DNA of 64,000 bases, from the NCBI GenBank assembly GCA_039922475.1, contig JBDTEQ010000069.1, forward strand, positions 549 to 64,548, given 5' to 3'. This stretch comes from Edaphobacter sp. (GTDB taxonomy: Bacteria > Acidobacteriota > Terriglobia > Terriglobales > Acidobacteriaceae). Of the stretch, positions 38,275 to 48,060 are shown piece after piece. How positions within the stretch are numbered: the first letter of the stretch is position 1; every line of letters starts with the position of its first letter. The notes under the pieces were generated by a model. It worked only from the letters and a program-made list of their open reading frames with translations, was not told where the DNA came from and made no database searches. A program made the position numbers and the translations under genes.

Positions 38275-39546
38275 ATGATCGCTGAAATCATCGCAGTCGG
38301 CTCGGAGATGCTCACACCCTTCCGCCAGGACACCAACTCCCTCTACCTCACTGAAGGTCTCAACGATCTCGGCGTTCAGGTCGCCTTCAAAACCATCGTC
38401 GGCGACAATCTCACGCATCTCACCAACGCTGCACGCATCGCTCTCTCCCGCGCCGACATCGTCCTCTTCTCTGGAGGCCTCGGGCCCACTGAAGACGACC
38501 TCACCCGCGAAGCCGTCGCCGCCGCACTCGGCATCGGCCTTCACAGCGACAACACCTCCCTCACCGCCCTCTACAAGCGCTTCGCCGCCCGCCAGATGGT
38601 CATGCCACCCAACAACGCCAAACAGGCCGACATCCTCGATGGTGCCACCATCCTCGAGAATAAAAACGGCAGCGCCCCCGCGCAATATCTCGACACCACC
38701 ATCGCCGACACCAACGGAAGACCCGTCCGCAAGCTAGTCATCCTCCTTCCCGGCCCACCAAAAGAACTCAAGCCGCTCTTCGACGAAGAAGTCAAACCGC
38801 GCCTCGCCACCTCGCTCCCTCCGCGGCATCTCGCCAAACGCATGCTCCGAATGGCTCTCATTCCCGAGTCGCACGTCGACGCCCGCAGCGCTCCGATCTA
38901 CAAGCAGTACGCCGATGTCGAAACCACTATCCTCGCCGGAGCAGGCGAAATCCAGCTCCACTTTCTCTGCGCCAAACCCACGCTCGCCGAAGCCCAGAGT
39001 CGCGTCGACGAGCTAACCGAGAAGATCGAAGCCGAGATGGACGACGCCATCTTCTCCTCCCATGGCGAATCGCTCGAAGAGGTCGTACTCCTCAATCTGG
39101 GCCTCCGCGACCTCACGCTCGCCACTGCCGAGAGCTGCACCGGTGGCCTCCTCGCCCAGCGTCTTACGGCCATTGCCGGCAGCTCGCGCTACTTTCTCGG
39201 CGGCGCGGTCGTCTACAGCGACGCGCTCAAAACCGCCTTCGCCGAAGTCCCCGCAAAACTCGTCGCCAACAAAGGCCCTGTCTCTCCCGAGGTAGCGCGC
39301 GCGCTTGCAGAAGGCATCCGCTCCCGCACCAAAGCATCCCTCGGCATCTCCATCACCGGTATCGCCGGCCCCGGCCCTGGCTCACCCGGCCCCGACGCCA
39401 ACAAACCCATCGGCCTCGTCTACATCGCCCTCGCCGACGGCCAACATACCCAGGTCAAAGAACTGAACCTCCCCGGCGATCGCGAGCGCATCCGCTTCGG
39501 GGCCAGCCAGCACGCCCTCGAACTCATCCGCCACCACCTCCTCTAA
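38275..39546 (+). CDS. cinA: CinA-family competence/damage-inducible protein (NMN amidohydrolase type)
   Basis: ORF track frame 38101..39546. Likely start at ATG 38275 (MIAEIIAVGSEML). C-terminal ESCTGGLLA. Confidence 0.9.
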   Translation: MIAEIIAVGSEMLTPFRQDTNSLYLTEGLNDLGVQVAFKTIVGDNLTHLTNAARIALSRADIVLFSGGLGPTEDDLTREAVAAALGIGLHSDNTSLTALYKRFAARQMVMPPNNAKQADILDGATILENKNGSAPAQYLDTTIADTNGRPVRKLVILLPGPPKELKPLFDEEVKPRLATSLPPRHLAKRMLRMALIPESHVDARSAPIYKQYADVETTILAGAGEIQLHFLCAKPTLAEAQSRVDELTEKIEAEMDDAIFSSHGESLEEVVLLNLGLRDLTLATAESCTGGLLAQRLTAIAGSSRYFLGGAVVYSDALKTAFAEVPAKLVANKGPVSPEVARALAEGIRSRTKASLGISITGIAGPGPGSPGPDANKPIGLVYIALADGQHTQVKELNLPGDRERIRFGASQHALELIRHHLL

Positions 39547-39550
39547 TCGT

Positions 39551-39612
39551 GCCACAAACCCGGGTGCCCCATATCTCGACTCTGAGATGTGGGCATCGTG
39601 CGAAGCACGACC
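39551..39612 (+). repeat. family-D double-hairpin repeat, starting 5 nt after the cinA stop
   Basis: gccacaaacccgggtgccccatatctcgactctgagatgtgggcatcgtgcgaagcacgaccg. Confidence 0.85.
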
Positions 39613-39699
39613 GCTCCCGCCCCTCTCGATATACCCGCAACTCTGAGCCAAGGCATCTTCACCGCATCGCGCCATCTTGCTAAACTCATCCAAACGATC

Positions 39700-40307
<608 letters not shown>

Positions 40308-40311
<4 letters not shown>

Positions 40312-41300
40312 GCCGTATCGCCATCCTCGGTGCCGGAGCCTGGGGCACAGCACTCGCTCTCTCCCTCGCCCGTCGCGGCGGACACGATCTCTGTCTCTGG
40401 GCTCACTCCACCACCCTCGCCGAGCAGCTCACCGACGCCGGCGAAAACCTTCCCTACCTCCCCGGCTTCACACTCCCCGTCGACATCGACGTCACCGCCG
40501 ACCTGCCACGCGCCATCTTCGAAGCCGACATCCTCCTCTGCGTCACGCCCTCGCAGCATCTTCGCGGCATCATCACTCACATCGCTCCGCTACTAACAAA
40601 AGATCAGATCATCCTCAGCGCGAGCAAAGGTCTCGAGGAAACAACCTTCCTCCGCATGTCGCAGATCGTAGCCGCCGCTACGAACAACTCCTTCGCAGTC
40701 CTCAGCGGCCCTTCCTTCGCGCAGGAGGTCGCCGCCGGAATGCCCACTGCAGTCGTCGCTGCCTCCTCATCGCCACAAATCGCCCAGATCATCCAACGCG
40801 ACTTCACCTCGCCCACCCTCCGCGTCTACACCAACGATGACGTCCCCGGCGTAGAACTCGGCGGAGCCCTGAAGAACGTCATCGCCCTCGCCGCCGGTGT
40901 CGCCAACGGCCTCAACCTCGGCTACAACTCCTCCGCCGCTCTCATCACACGAGGCATCGCCGAGATGACCCGTCTCGCCATAGCCTGCGGAGGCCGCCGC
41001 CAGACCCTCGCCGGACTCTCCGGCATCGGCGACCTCGTCCTCACCTGCACCGGCTCCCTCTCCCGCAACCGCACCGTCGGTATCGAGCTCGGACGCGGCC
41101 GCCACCTTCCCGACATCATGGACGGCCTCCACGGCAAAGTCGCCGAAGGCGTCCGCAGCACCACCGCTGCTCTCGGCCTCGCCACACGCTACGCCGTGGA
41201 AATGCCCATCACCCAGCAGATGGACGCCATCCTCCACCACAACAAAAGTCCCAAAGAAGCCATCCGCGAACTGATGTCCCGGCCTGGCCGAGATGAATAG
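40308..41300 (+). CDS. gpsA: NAD(P)H-dependent glycerol-3-phosphate dehydrogenase
   Basis: ATG at 40308 overlaps the plsY stop (ATGA). MSRIAILGAGAWGTALA. About 330 aa. Confidence 0.9.
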
Positions 41301-41382
41301 CCGAGACGAATAATCGCCGCCTCCCGAAATATTTACCCCGTCACCTGACACACAACCGCGTTGTCAAAGTAAGCTTGTCTGC

Positions 41383-41622
41383 ATGTCTCAACACAACCAC
41401 GAACGCGACCACGAGCACGGCCACATCCCCCCGCCTGATCTTCCCAGACACAAAACCATCATGGGATTCAGACCTCACATCTTCATTGGTGGCCTGGTCC
41501 TTATCGCCATCCTTCTCATCTACCTGCTTCTTCTCGTCCGTCCCGGCATCTACTCCTCGGCTCCGCCAAAACCTGCTTCAACATCGAGCTATGCCCCCGT
41601 TTCGCTAACCCGTTTTGCCTGA
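41383..41622 (+). CDS. small single-pass membrane protein with a His-rich N-terminus
   Basis: 79 aa. MSQHNHERDHEHGH... followed by the TM helix IFIGGLVLIAILLIYLLLLV. Confidence 0.4.
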   Translation: MSQHNHERDHEHGHIPPPDLPRHKTIMGFRPHIFIGGLVLIAILLIYLLLLVRPGIYSSAPPKPASTSSYAPVSLTRFA

Positions 41623-41673
41623 GCAAATCGCCCAATCTTCTACCTCGTGCGGCCGAATCGCATCTAATGTGTC

Positions 41674-41886
41674 ATGAAAGACTCTATTAGTCGCGCGAGA
41701 CTTCGCACACAGAAACACCCTAACTTCGCGTTGGTTGTTCTCTTTGCCGGAATAGCCTTCATCGTTGTCTTTATCCTCGCCTATCTCGTTCTCGGCATAG
41801 GAGGAAAAAAGCTTCTTCCTAAAAACCCCCATCCCCACCCAACCTCCTACCTCGTCCACTCGCCATCACAAATTGTTGACGCTTAA
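41674..41886 (+). CDS. small single-pass membrane protein
   Basis: 70 aa. Basic N-terminus, then the TM helix FALVVLFAGIAFIVVFILAYLVLGI. Same architecture as the preceding ORF. Confidence 0.4.
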   Translation: MKDSISRARLRTQKHPNFALVVLFAGIAFIVVFILAYLVLGIGGKKLLPKNPHPHPTSYLVHSPSQIVDA

Positions 41887-41911
41887 GCGAAGCATCCTGT
41901 ATCCAATACAG

Positions 41912-42838
41912 ATGTCTATGAGGATTCTTGTCGTGGGTGCCGGCGCAGTCGGAGGTTATTTTGGAACGAAGCTCGCGCAAGCCGGCCGCGACGTCACCTT
42001 TCTCGTTCGCCCCTCGCGTGCGCAGCAGCTTCATCGCGACGGCCTCCACATCATCAGCCCTTATGGCGATCTCACCATCAAGCCCCGCACCATAACCTCC
42101 GACCAACTCCACTCCCCCTGCGACATCATCTTCCTCAGCGTAAAGTCTCTCGCTCTCGACAGCGCCATCACCGACATGGCCCCAGCCGTCGGCCCCGAAA
42201 CAATGATCTACCCCGTCCTCAACGGAATGCGTCACATGGACATACTCGCCCGACGCTTCGGTTCCGCCAGCGTCCTCGGAGGAGTCTGCATGGTCTCCAC
42301 CGAACTCGATCCCCAGGGGCGCATCGTGCAGTTCAACGAGATGCAAACCCTTACCTATGGCGAGTGCGACGGACAGATCACCCCGCGCATCCGGCAACTC
42401 GACGACACCTTGCGCGATGCCGGATTCGGAACTGAGCTCTCCACCACCATCATGCAGGCCATGTGGCAGAAGTGGGTCGCCATCTCGACCCTGGGTCTGG
42501 TCAACTGTCTCTTCAACGCCTCCATCGGCGAGATCAACGCCGTCCCCTGCGGCGAAGAGACCGCCCTTCAGGCCCTCGACGAGTGCTCCTCTGTCGCCTC
42601 TGCCTCTGGCTACCCTGCCGCCAAGGCGTTCCTCGATACAGTCCGCCAGCGACTCATCACCAAAGGGTCGAAGCTCACCTCCTCGATGTACCGCGACATG
42701 CAGAAGGGCGCAAACCTCGAGTTCGACGCCATCCTCGGAGATCTCTTCGACCGCGGCCTCTCACTCAACCTCAAAACCCCTTTGCTCCAGGCCGCCTGCG
42801 TCCGTCTACGCGTCTACCAGCAATCCATATCTTCCTGA
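41912..42838 (+). CDS. panE: 2-dehydropantoate 2-reductase
   Basis: Start at 41912 or 41918 (MSMRILVVGAGAVGGYFG). ApbA/PanE length and C-terminal domain. Confidence 0.8.
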   Translation: MSMRILVVGAGAVGGYFGTKLAQAGRDVTFLVRPSRAQQLHRDGLHIISPYGDLTIKPRTITSDQLHSPCDIIFLSVKSLALDSAITDMAPAVGPETMIYPVLNGMRHMDILARRFGSASVLGGVCMVSTELDPQGRIVQFNEMQTLTYGECDGQITPRIRQLDDTLRDAGFGTELSTTIMQAMWQKWVAISTLGLVNCLFNASIGEINAVPCGEETALQALDECSSVASASGYPAAKAFLDTVRQRLITKGSKLTSSMYRDMQKGANLEFDAILGDLFDRGLSLNLKTPLLQAACVRLRVYQQSISS

Positions 42839-42937
42839 AAACCCTTGTCGCGGAAACATCGCGTCTCCACGCATCTCCGCAAGCTGACGGCATCTCAGGG
42901 CGAAACTCGCCGCCGGATTGCTAAACTGGAAGGCAGC

Positions 42938-43990
42938 ATGGCTTTCTCTCTCTTCGGCAAACGCCCCACAGAACCTGACCAGCCCACCGCCTCCGAACCC
43001 CAGGAGCCGAAGCGCGGCCTCTTCGATCGCATGAAGCAGGCGGTCACCCGCACCCGCGAGTCCTTCACAGAGTCCATCAGCTCCGTCATCGCCCTCACCC
43101 GCGAAGTCGACGAGACCACCCTGGTCAATCTCGAGCCACTCCTCCTCGCCGCGGACCTCGGCGCTCCCACCACTGCCCTTGTCATCGAAAACCTTCGCCA
43201 GCGCGCTCTCCGCACCGGCATCCAGGGCGGCGACGAGCTCAAGCAGCTCCTCAAATCCGAGCTCAAGCAGATCCTCGACGGCGTATCCCGGCCCATCCAT
43301 CACCCAGCCGCTCCACCCGAGGTCATCACTATGGGAATCGGCGACGCAAGCAATCGGGCGGCCTCGGCTTCACATAGCACCCTCGAAGTCATCATGATGG
43401 TCGGCGTCAACGGCACCGGCAAAACCACCACCACCGGCAAGCTGGCAGCCTACTTCACCGCACAAGGCCGCACCGTCCTCCTATGCGCCGCCGACACCTT
43501 CCGCGCCGCCGCCATCGAGCAGCTCGAAGTCTGGGCCCAGCGCTCCGAAGTCCAGATCATCAAAACCAAACAAGGCGGCGACCCCTCCGCCGCACTCTAC
43601 GACGCCTGCGCCGCCGCCAAAGCCCGCAACACGCAAATATTAATCGTCGATACCGCAGGCCGCCTCCACACCAAGACCGACCTCATGAAGGAGCTCGACA
43701 AGATGCGCCGCACCGCGGAGAAGCTCGTTCCCGGTGCCCCGCACCAGACTCTCCTCGTCATGGACGCGACCACCGGACAGAACGGCCTCCAGCAGGCCCG
43801 TCTCTTCACCGAAGCCGCTCACGTCACCGGCATCGTCCTAACCAAACTCGATGGCACCGCAAAAGGCGGCATCGTCTTCGCCATCGCCACAGAACTAAAG
43901 CTCCCAGTCGTCTACGCCGGAGTAGGCGAAAAGCTCGAAGACATCCTCCCCTTCGACTCCTCCGCCTTCATCGACTCTCTCCTCGACTAA
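42938..43990 (+). CDS. ftsY: signal recognition particle receptor FtsY
   Basis: ORF track frame 42845..43990. Likely ATG at 42938. GVNGTGKTTT, DTAGR and TKLDGTAKGG. A 22-aa extra segment lies before the P-loop. Confidence 0.9.
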   Translation: MAFSLFGKRPTEPDQPTASEPQEPKRGLFDRMKQAVTRTRESFTESISSVIALTREVDETTLVNLEPLLLAADLGAPTTALVIENLRQRALRTGIQGGDELKQLLKSELKQILDGVSRPIHHPAAPPEVITMGIGDASNRAASASHSTLEVIMMVGVNGTGKTTTTGKLAAYFTAQGRTVLLCAADTFRAAAIEQLEVWAQRSEVQIIKTKQGGDPSAALYDACAAAKARNTQILIVDTAGRLHTKTDLMKELDKMRRTAEKLVPGAPHQTLLVMDATTGQNGLQQARLFTEAAHVTGIVLTKLDGTAKGGIVFAIATELKLPVVYAGVGEKLEDILPFDSSAFIDSLLD

Positions 43991-43992
43991 CC

Positions 43993-46900
43993 CTACCGGC
44001 TCAGCCGCAGCGCAAACTGCACCACCCGCGGATCGGTCGTCGTGCTCGTAATACTCCCGAACGCCGCCGACCCGAAACTCCCATTCGGCTGCGAGAACTC
44101 CGGCGTATTCGTAAGGTTGAACATCTCCGCTCGGAACTCCATGTCCATTCCCTCAATCAGCTTCGTATGCTTTACCAGCGCTAAATCCAGATCGCGATAC
44201 GCAGGTCCCCGCACCGGATTCCGTGAAGCTGTGCCTATGACAAACTGAGGTGCCGTAGCAAACGCGGCTGTATTGAAGTAGTGGGCTGGCGTCCTCTGCG
44301 ACGCGGGCAAACTCGAATTCCCCACAATATTCGGCCGTTGCAGCGCAAATCCCGCAAACGAATTATTGTTCGTCGACTGCGTCACAGTCACCGGCATCCC
44401 GGACTGCAGCGTCAAAATCGTATTCAGCTCCCAACCTCCCAGCAGCGCATTCCCCACCCCCGACGATGCAAACCAATGTCCCCTCCCCGCAGGCAGATCG
44501 TAGGTCCCGCTGAACGAAGTCACATTCGCCATATCGCCGCTCGACGAATCCCGCTCCAGATAAGGCCGGAATGTATCCGCCGCCACCAGGCTGCTCGTAT
44601 TCGGCGACGAAAGCACCGTAGACGAAAACACCGACGAAGCATCATCGATCAGCTTCGAGTGCGTATAGGCAAACAGGAACGAAACCCCATGCGAAAACCT
44701 CTGCTCCACCTTAGCTTCAAGAGCGTTGTAGTTCGTATCTCCGCTATTGTTCCGGTACGTAGCAATATTCAAAAAACGCGGATACGGCTTCAACAGTTGC
44801 GCCTGGCTCACCGTCTTCCCCCCGACCGAGCTCGAAGCCGGAATCTGTCCGAAGTAAGGATTCGTCACCTGCGCCAGCAGCGACGAACCCTGTGCGAGCT
44901 GAGCCGTCGTCAGCTGATTCAAATTCGAGTCGGGAATCCCCACATGCACAATATGCGACCCAACATAGGCAATCTCGGCCGACATGTTATTCGTAATCTG
45001 TCGCTGCACCGCCAGGTTCCACTGCTGCACATATCCCGACCCAGCCGTCTTCTTCGCCGTATAAACGCTCTGGCCCAGTCCCGCATCCGGCGTAAACGGT
45101 ATCGGTGCCACGGAAGGCCCACCCGACAGCCCAAACGCAGCATTCACACTGTCCTGTGTCTTCTGCTGCACGTTCTGAATAAACGGGAACTGCGGCGTTG
45201 TGAACGGAGTCGTAATCCCGGACTGGTCGATAAACACAATCCCGAACCCCGACCGCACCACCATCTTCGGCGTCGCCAGAAACGACAAACCAATTCGCGG
45301 CGCAACATTGCCATCGTGCAACTCGCGCGCACTCCGCGAATTCCCATTCTGCCCCAGGTAATCCAGTTGCTGCGTCGCCAGGTTGAACACCGCTCCCTGA
45401 TTGTTCTTCTCGTTCGAAGGAAGATGCAGCGTCCATCGCGCGCCAAGATTCAGTGTCAGCCGCGGATTCACCTTCCAATCGTCCTGCAGAAAATACTCTT
45501 CGATCATGTCCCTCGGACGAATCTTGCTCTCCTGTAGGTCGATCGAAAACGTATCCACCTGCCCAAGCAGAAAACTCGCCAGCGAATTACCGCTATTCGT
45601 CACGCCCTGCTGATTGGTTCCCGTCGTCGTAAACGCAAACGACCCCGTCGGATTTGGCGGCGATATCGTATTCAGTTGATACCAGCGAAGATCCAGCCCC
45701 GCCTTGATCGCATGCGCCCCCCGCGTCATGTTCACCGTATCCACCATCTGCCACACTGCTGTCTGAAACTGCGCAAACGTGCCCGCCGCAGGACCAAGCT
45801 GCTGAAATCCCGTCATCGTAAACAGCGGCAGCGCATTATTGAACGATGCATTCGTCGGAATCCCAGGAATCCCCAATGCCGCCGACGCCGTCGTGTTCAG
45901 CGTCGGCCCCGCCACCGTATTGCCGCGCCGCGTATAGCCCAGCGCAAAGTTATTCAACAGCCGCGCAGAAAATGTGTGCGTCTCGTTGATCACTCCCTGC
46001 TGCCCCAGCACATTTGACAGTCCCACCACCCCGCCGGTCCCCAGCACCGAGCCCGAGATCAACCCTCCTCCATCCGGCAGCGGCGCGACCGGCAGCTCTA
46101 CCTCGTTGTAGTAGGAGTAGCGCCCGAACGCCCGATCCCGGCTACGAAACGTTCCATCCACGCGCACGTCGAACTGATTCTGATGATCCGAGTCGTTCGC
46201 CGTCCTGCTGAAATTATTCGCCGCGTTTCCATTGCTCGGCATTGGGAAACGAGTCAGCAGAGCCTTCGCCGCCGGATCGAGAGGAATGTTGATCGTGTCG
46301 TTGGGAAACTCCTGCCGCACAAACTTGCCCTCCACCACCTGCGTCGTCGTCGGATCGAAGATCTTCGACACGCCAGTAAAAATTCCCTGCCGCTCATTCG
46401 CCGTCGGTATGGTCGAGATGCGCGTCACCCCGATCAACTGCTTCACCCCCTGGTAATCGCCAAAGAAAAAGAGCTTGTCATGGACAATCGGCGCGCCGAG
46501 CGTTGCCCCATACAGATTGCGCCGATACTCCGGCTTGCGCACAGTCGCCGACGCAAAATAATTTCGACCGTTGAGAATTTCATTGCGAAAATACTCGAAC
46601 AAACTTCCATGAATCACATTCGACCCGGAGCGCGTCGCCACATTCACCACGCCGCCGTTGAACCGGCCAAACTCAGCCGGCACATTATCCGACTCCACCG
46701 TGAACTCGGCGATATCGTCGAGGATCGGGAAAAACACAACCTGTCCCGGTTCAGGCTGCAGAGCGGAGACGCCGTCATACAGATACTCATTCGTCCTCGG
46801 CCGCCCTCCATTGATGCGTGGCAACAGCGTTCCCGGCGGCAGCGCCACGCCCGGAGCCAGCGTCGAAAGCTGAATGAAATTGCGCGTATTCAGAGGCATC

Positions 46901-47331
46901 GCCGCAATCGTAGGTCGCGATATGTTCGTCTGAATGTCGCTCGTCCCCGCCTGCATCACCGGAAAATCGCTGCTCACCTCCACCGTCTGCTGATCTCCAC
47001 CCGGGCTCAACGTCAAATCTGCGTTCACCGTCTGCCCCACAACCACAGTAATGCCGGTGTGGTCGAGCGTCTTGAAACCTGCCGCCATCACCTTCACGCT
47101 ATACGAGCCTGGATTCAGATGCGTGAACACATAATCGCCCGTACTCGAAGTCATTGTCCTCTGATGAATGTTTGTCTCCGACTCAGTCAACTCCACATGC
47201 GCATTCGCCACTGACGCACCCGAAGGATCAATTACACGTCCGCGAAGATCGGCCGCAATCTGAGCAAAAGCCGCTGCCCCCGCGACTGACATGAGCAGGA
47301 AAAGCGCAAAAGGAGTTCGGGGAGATTTCAT
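43993..47331 (-). CDS. TonB-dependent outer-membrane receptor with an N-terminal carboxypeptidase-regulatory-like domain
   Basis: 1112 aa. Signal peptide, then DLRGRVIDPSGASVANAHVELTES...GDYVFTHLNPGSY, followed by plug and barrel regions. Confidence 0.85.
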   Translation of the reverse strand: MKSPRTPFALFLLMSVAGAAAFAQIAADLRGRVIDPSGASVANAHVELTESETNIHQRTMTSSTGDYVFTHLNPGSYSVKVMAAGFKTLDHTGITVVVGQTVNADLTLSPGGDQQTVEVSSDFPVMQAGTSDIQTNISRPTIAAMPLNTRNFIQLSTLAPGVALPPGTLLPRINGGRPRTNEYLYDGVSALQPEPGQVVFFPILDDIAEFTVESDNVPAEFGRFNGGVVNVATRSGSNVIHGSLFEYFRNEILNGRNYFASATVRKPEYRRNLYGATLGAPIVHDKLFFFGDYQGVKQLIGVTRISTIPTANERQGIFTGVSKIFDPTTTQVVEGKFVRQEFPNDTINIPLDPAAKALLTRFPMPSNGNAANNFSRTANDSDHQNQFDVRVDGTFRSRDRAFGRYSYYNEVELPVAPLPDGGGLISGSVLGTGGVVGLSNVLGQQGVINETHTFSARLLNNFALGYTRRGNTVAGPTLNTTASAALGIPGIPTNASFNNALPLFTMTGFQQLGPAAGTFAQFQTAVWQMVDTVNMTRGAHAIKAGLDLRWYQLNTISPPNPTGSFAFTTTGTNQQGVTNSGNSLASFLLGQVDTFSIDLQESKIRPRDMIEEYFLQDDWKVNPRLTLNLGARWTLHLPSNEKNNQGAVFNLATQQLDYLGQNGNSRSARELHDGNVAPRIGLSFLATPKMVVRSGFGIVFIDQSGITTPFTTPQFPFIQNVQQKTQDSVNAAFGLSGGPSVAPIPFTPDAGLGQSVYTAKKTAGSGYVQQWNLAVQRQITNNMSAEIAYVGSHIVHVGIPDSNLNQLTTAQLAQGSSLLAQVTNPYFGQIPASSSVGGKTVSQAQLLKPYPRFLNIATYRNNSGDTNYNALEAKVEQRFSHGVSFLFAYTHSKLIDDASSVFSSTVLSSPNTSSLVAADTFRPYLERDSSSGDMANVTSFSGTYDLPAGRGHWFASSGVGNALLGGWELNTILTLQSGMPVTVTQSTNNNSFAGFALQRPNIVGNSSLPASQRTPAHYFNTAAFATAPQFVIGTASRNPVRGPAYRDLDLALVKHTKLIEGMDMEFRAEMFNLTNTPEFSQPNGSFGSAAFGSITSTTTDPRVVQFALRLSR

Positions 47332-47450
47332 GGATGGCCTTCAGGGATAGGGCTCGGACTCTGTATCCGGCGGGTTGGCAATGAGCTGCGAATGAGATCT
47401 CGCACAAGCACGAAGCGTTGAATCGCCCCAAGGCTCTACATATCGGGTAC

Positions 47451-47476
47451 TACGAAACTAGACGTTTCGAATCGTA
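47451..47476. promoter_or_regulatory. candidate operator palindrome between the HTH-TOBE regulator and the receptor
   Basis: TACGAAAC-tagac-GTTTCGaaTCGTA. The core CGAAAC/GTTTCG is a perfect 6-bp inverted repeat, about 120-145 nt upstream of the receptor ATG. Confidence 0.3.
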
Positions 47477-47571
47477 TAGTCAAACATGATCGAATCTTCC
47501 CACTCCGCGAAACGCAAATCCGCCCTTGAGAGATGGTTTGTTAGAAGCTGGAGCCTGATTTCGCTCTTCGG

Positions 47572-47997
47572 CTACACGAGATCGTCAAGCCGCTCGATCA
47601 TCACATCAGTCGATTTGATCAGAGCCGCTACCGTATCGCCCTTCTTCAACTGAAGTTCGCGAGCCGCATTCGCCGTAATGATCGACGTCACCCGCGCATC
47701 CCCCACAGCAAGCACAACCTCCGCCAGTAGTCCTTCAACCCGCAGGCCCACCACCTTGCCCGCAAGCTGATTTCTCCCGCTCACCCGCCGAAACCTCCGC
47801 CGCGACTCACCCGCCGGTTTCATTGTGTCCTTCTGTAGAAACGGCTGCAACGCAGACTCCGAAACTCGATGATGTCCCCCCGGCGTCTGCACCGTCTTCA
47901 ACTTCCCATTCAGAATCCACTGTTTCACCGTCGCATAGCTCACCCCGAGCAACCGCGCCGCCTCACGAGCCGTCAGCATTGGAGTCGAACTTCGCAT
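47572..47997 (-). CDS. excisionase/MerR-type HTH plus TOBE (molybdate/tungstate-binding-like) regulator
   Basis: 141 aa. LTAREAARLLGVSYATVKQWILNGKL followed by NQLAGKVVGLRVEGLLAEVVLAVGDARVTSIIT...LKKGDTVAALIKSTDVMIE. Confidence 0.8.
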   Translation of the reverse strand: MRSSTPMLTAREAARLLGVSYATVKQWILNGKLKTVQTPGGHHRVSESALQPFLQKDTMKPAGESRRRFRRVSGRNQLAGKVVGLRVEGLLAEVVLAVGDARVTSIITANAARELQLKKGDTVAALIKSTDVMIERLDDLV

Positions 47998-48060
47998 CGC
48001 CTACAGTTGTAACATCTTGTTCTTAGCATCTGCATGCCAAAACCGCTATCCTTGATAACA

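Noticed and set aside
47332-47571. Moco riboswitch in the receptor 5' region (UCCGAGCC-like string near 47350)
   Set aside because: There is only a single short match. I cannot reconstruct the multi-stem Moco motif from memory with confidence, so it needs an Infernal scan before any claim.
47998-48060. FMN (RFN) riboswitch expected upstream of ribD
   Set aside because: Only about 36-63 nt separate ribD from the divergent regulator gene, which is too short for an RFN element. No conserved RFN motifs were seen.
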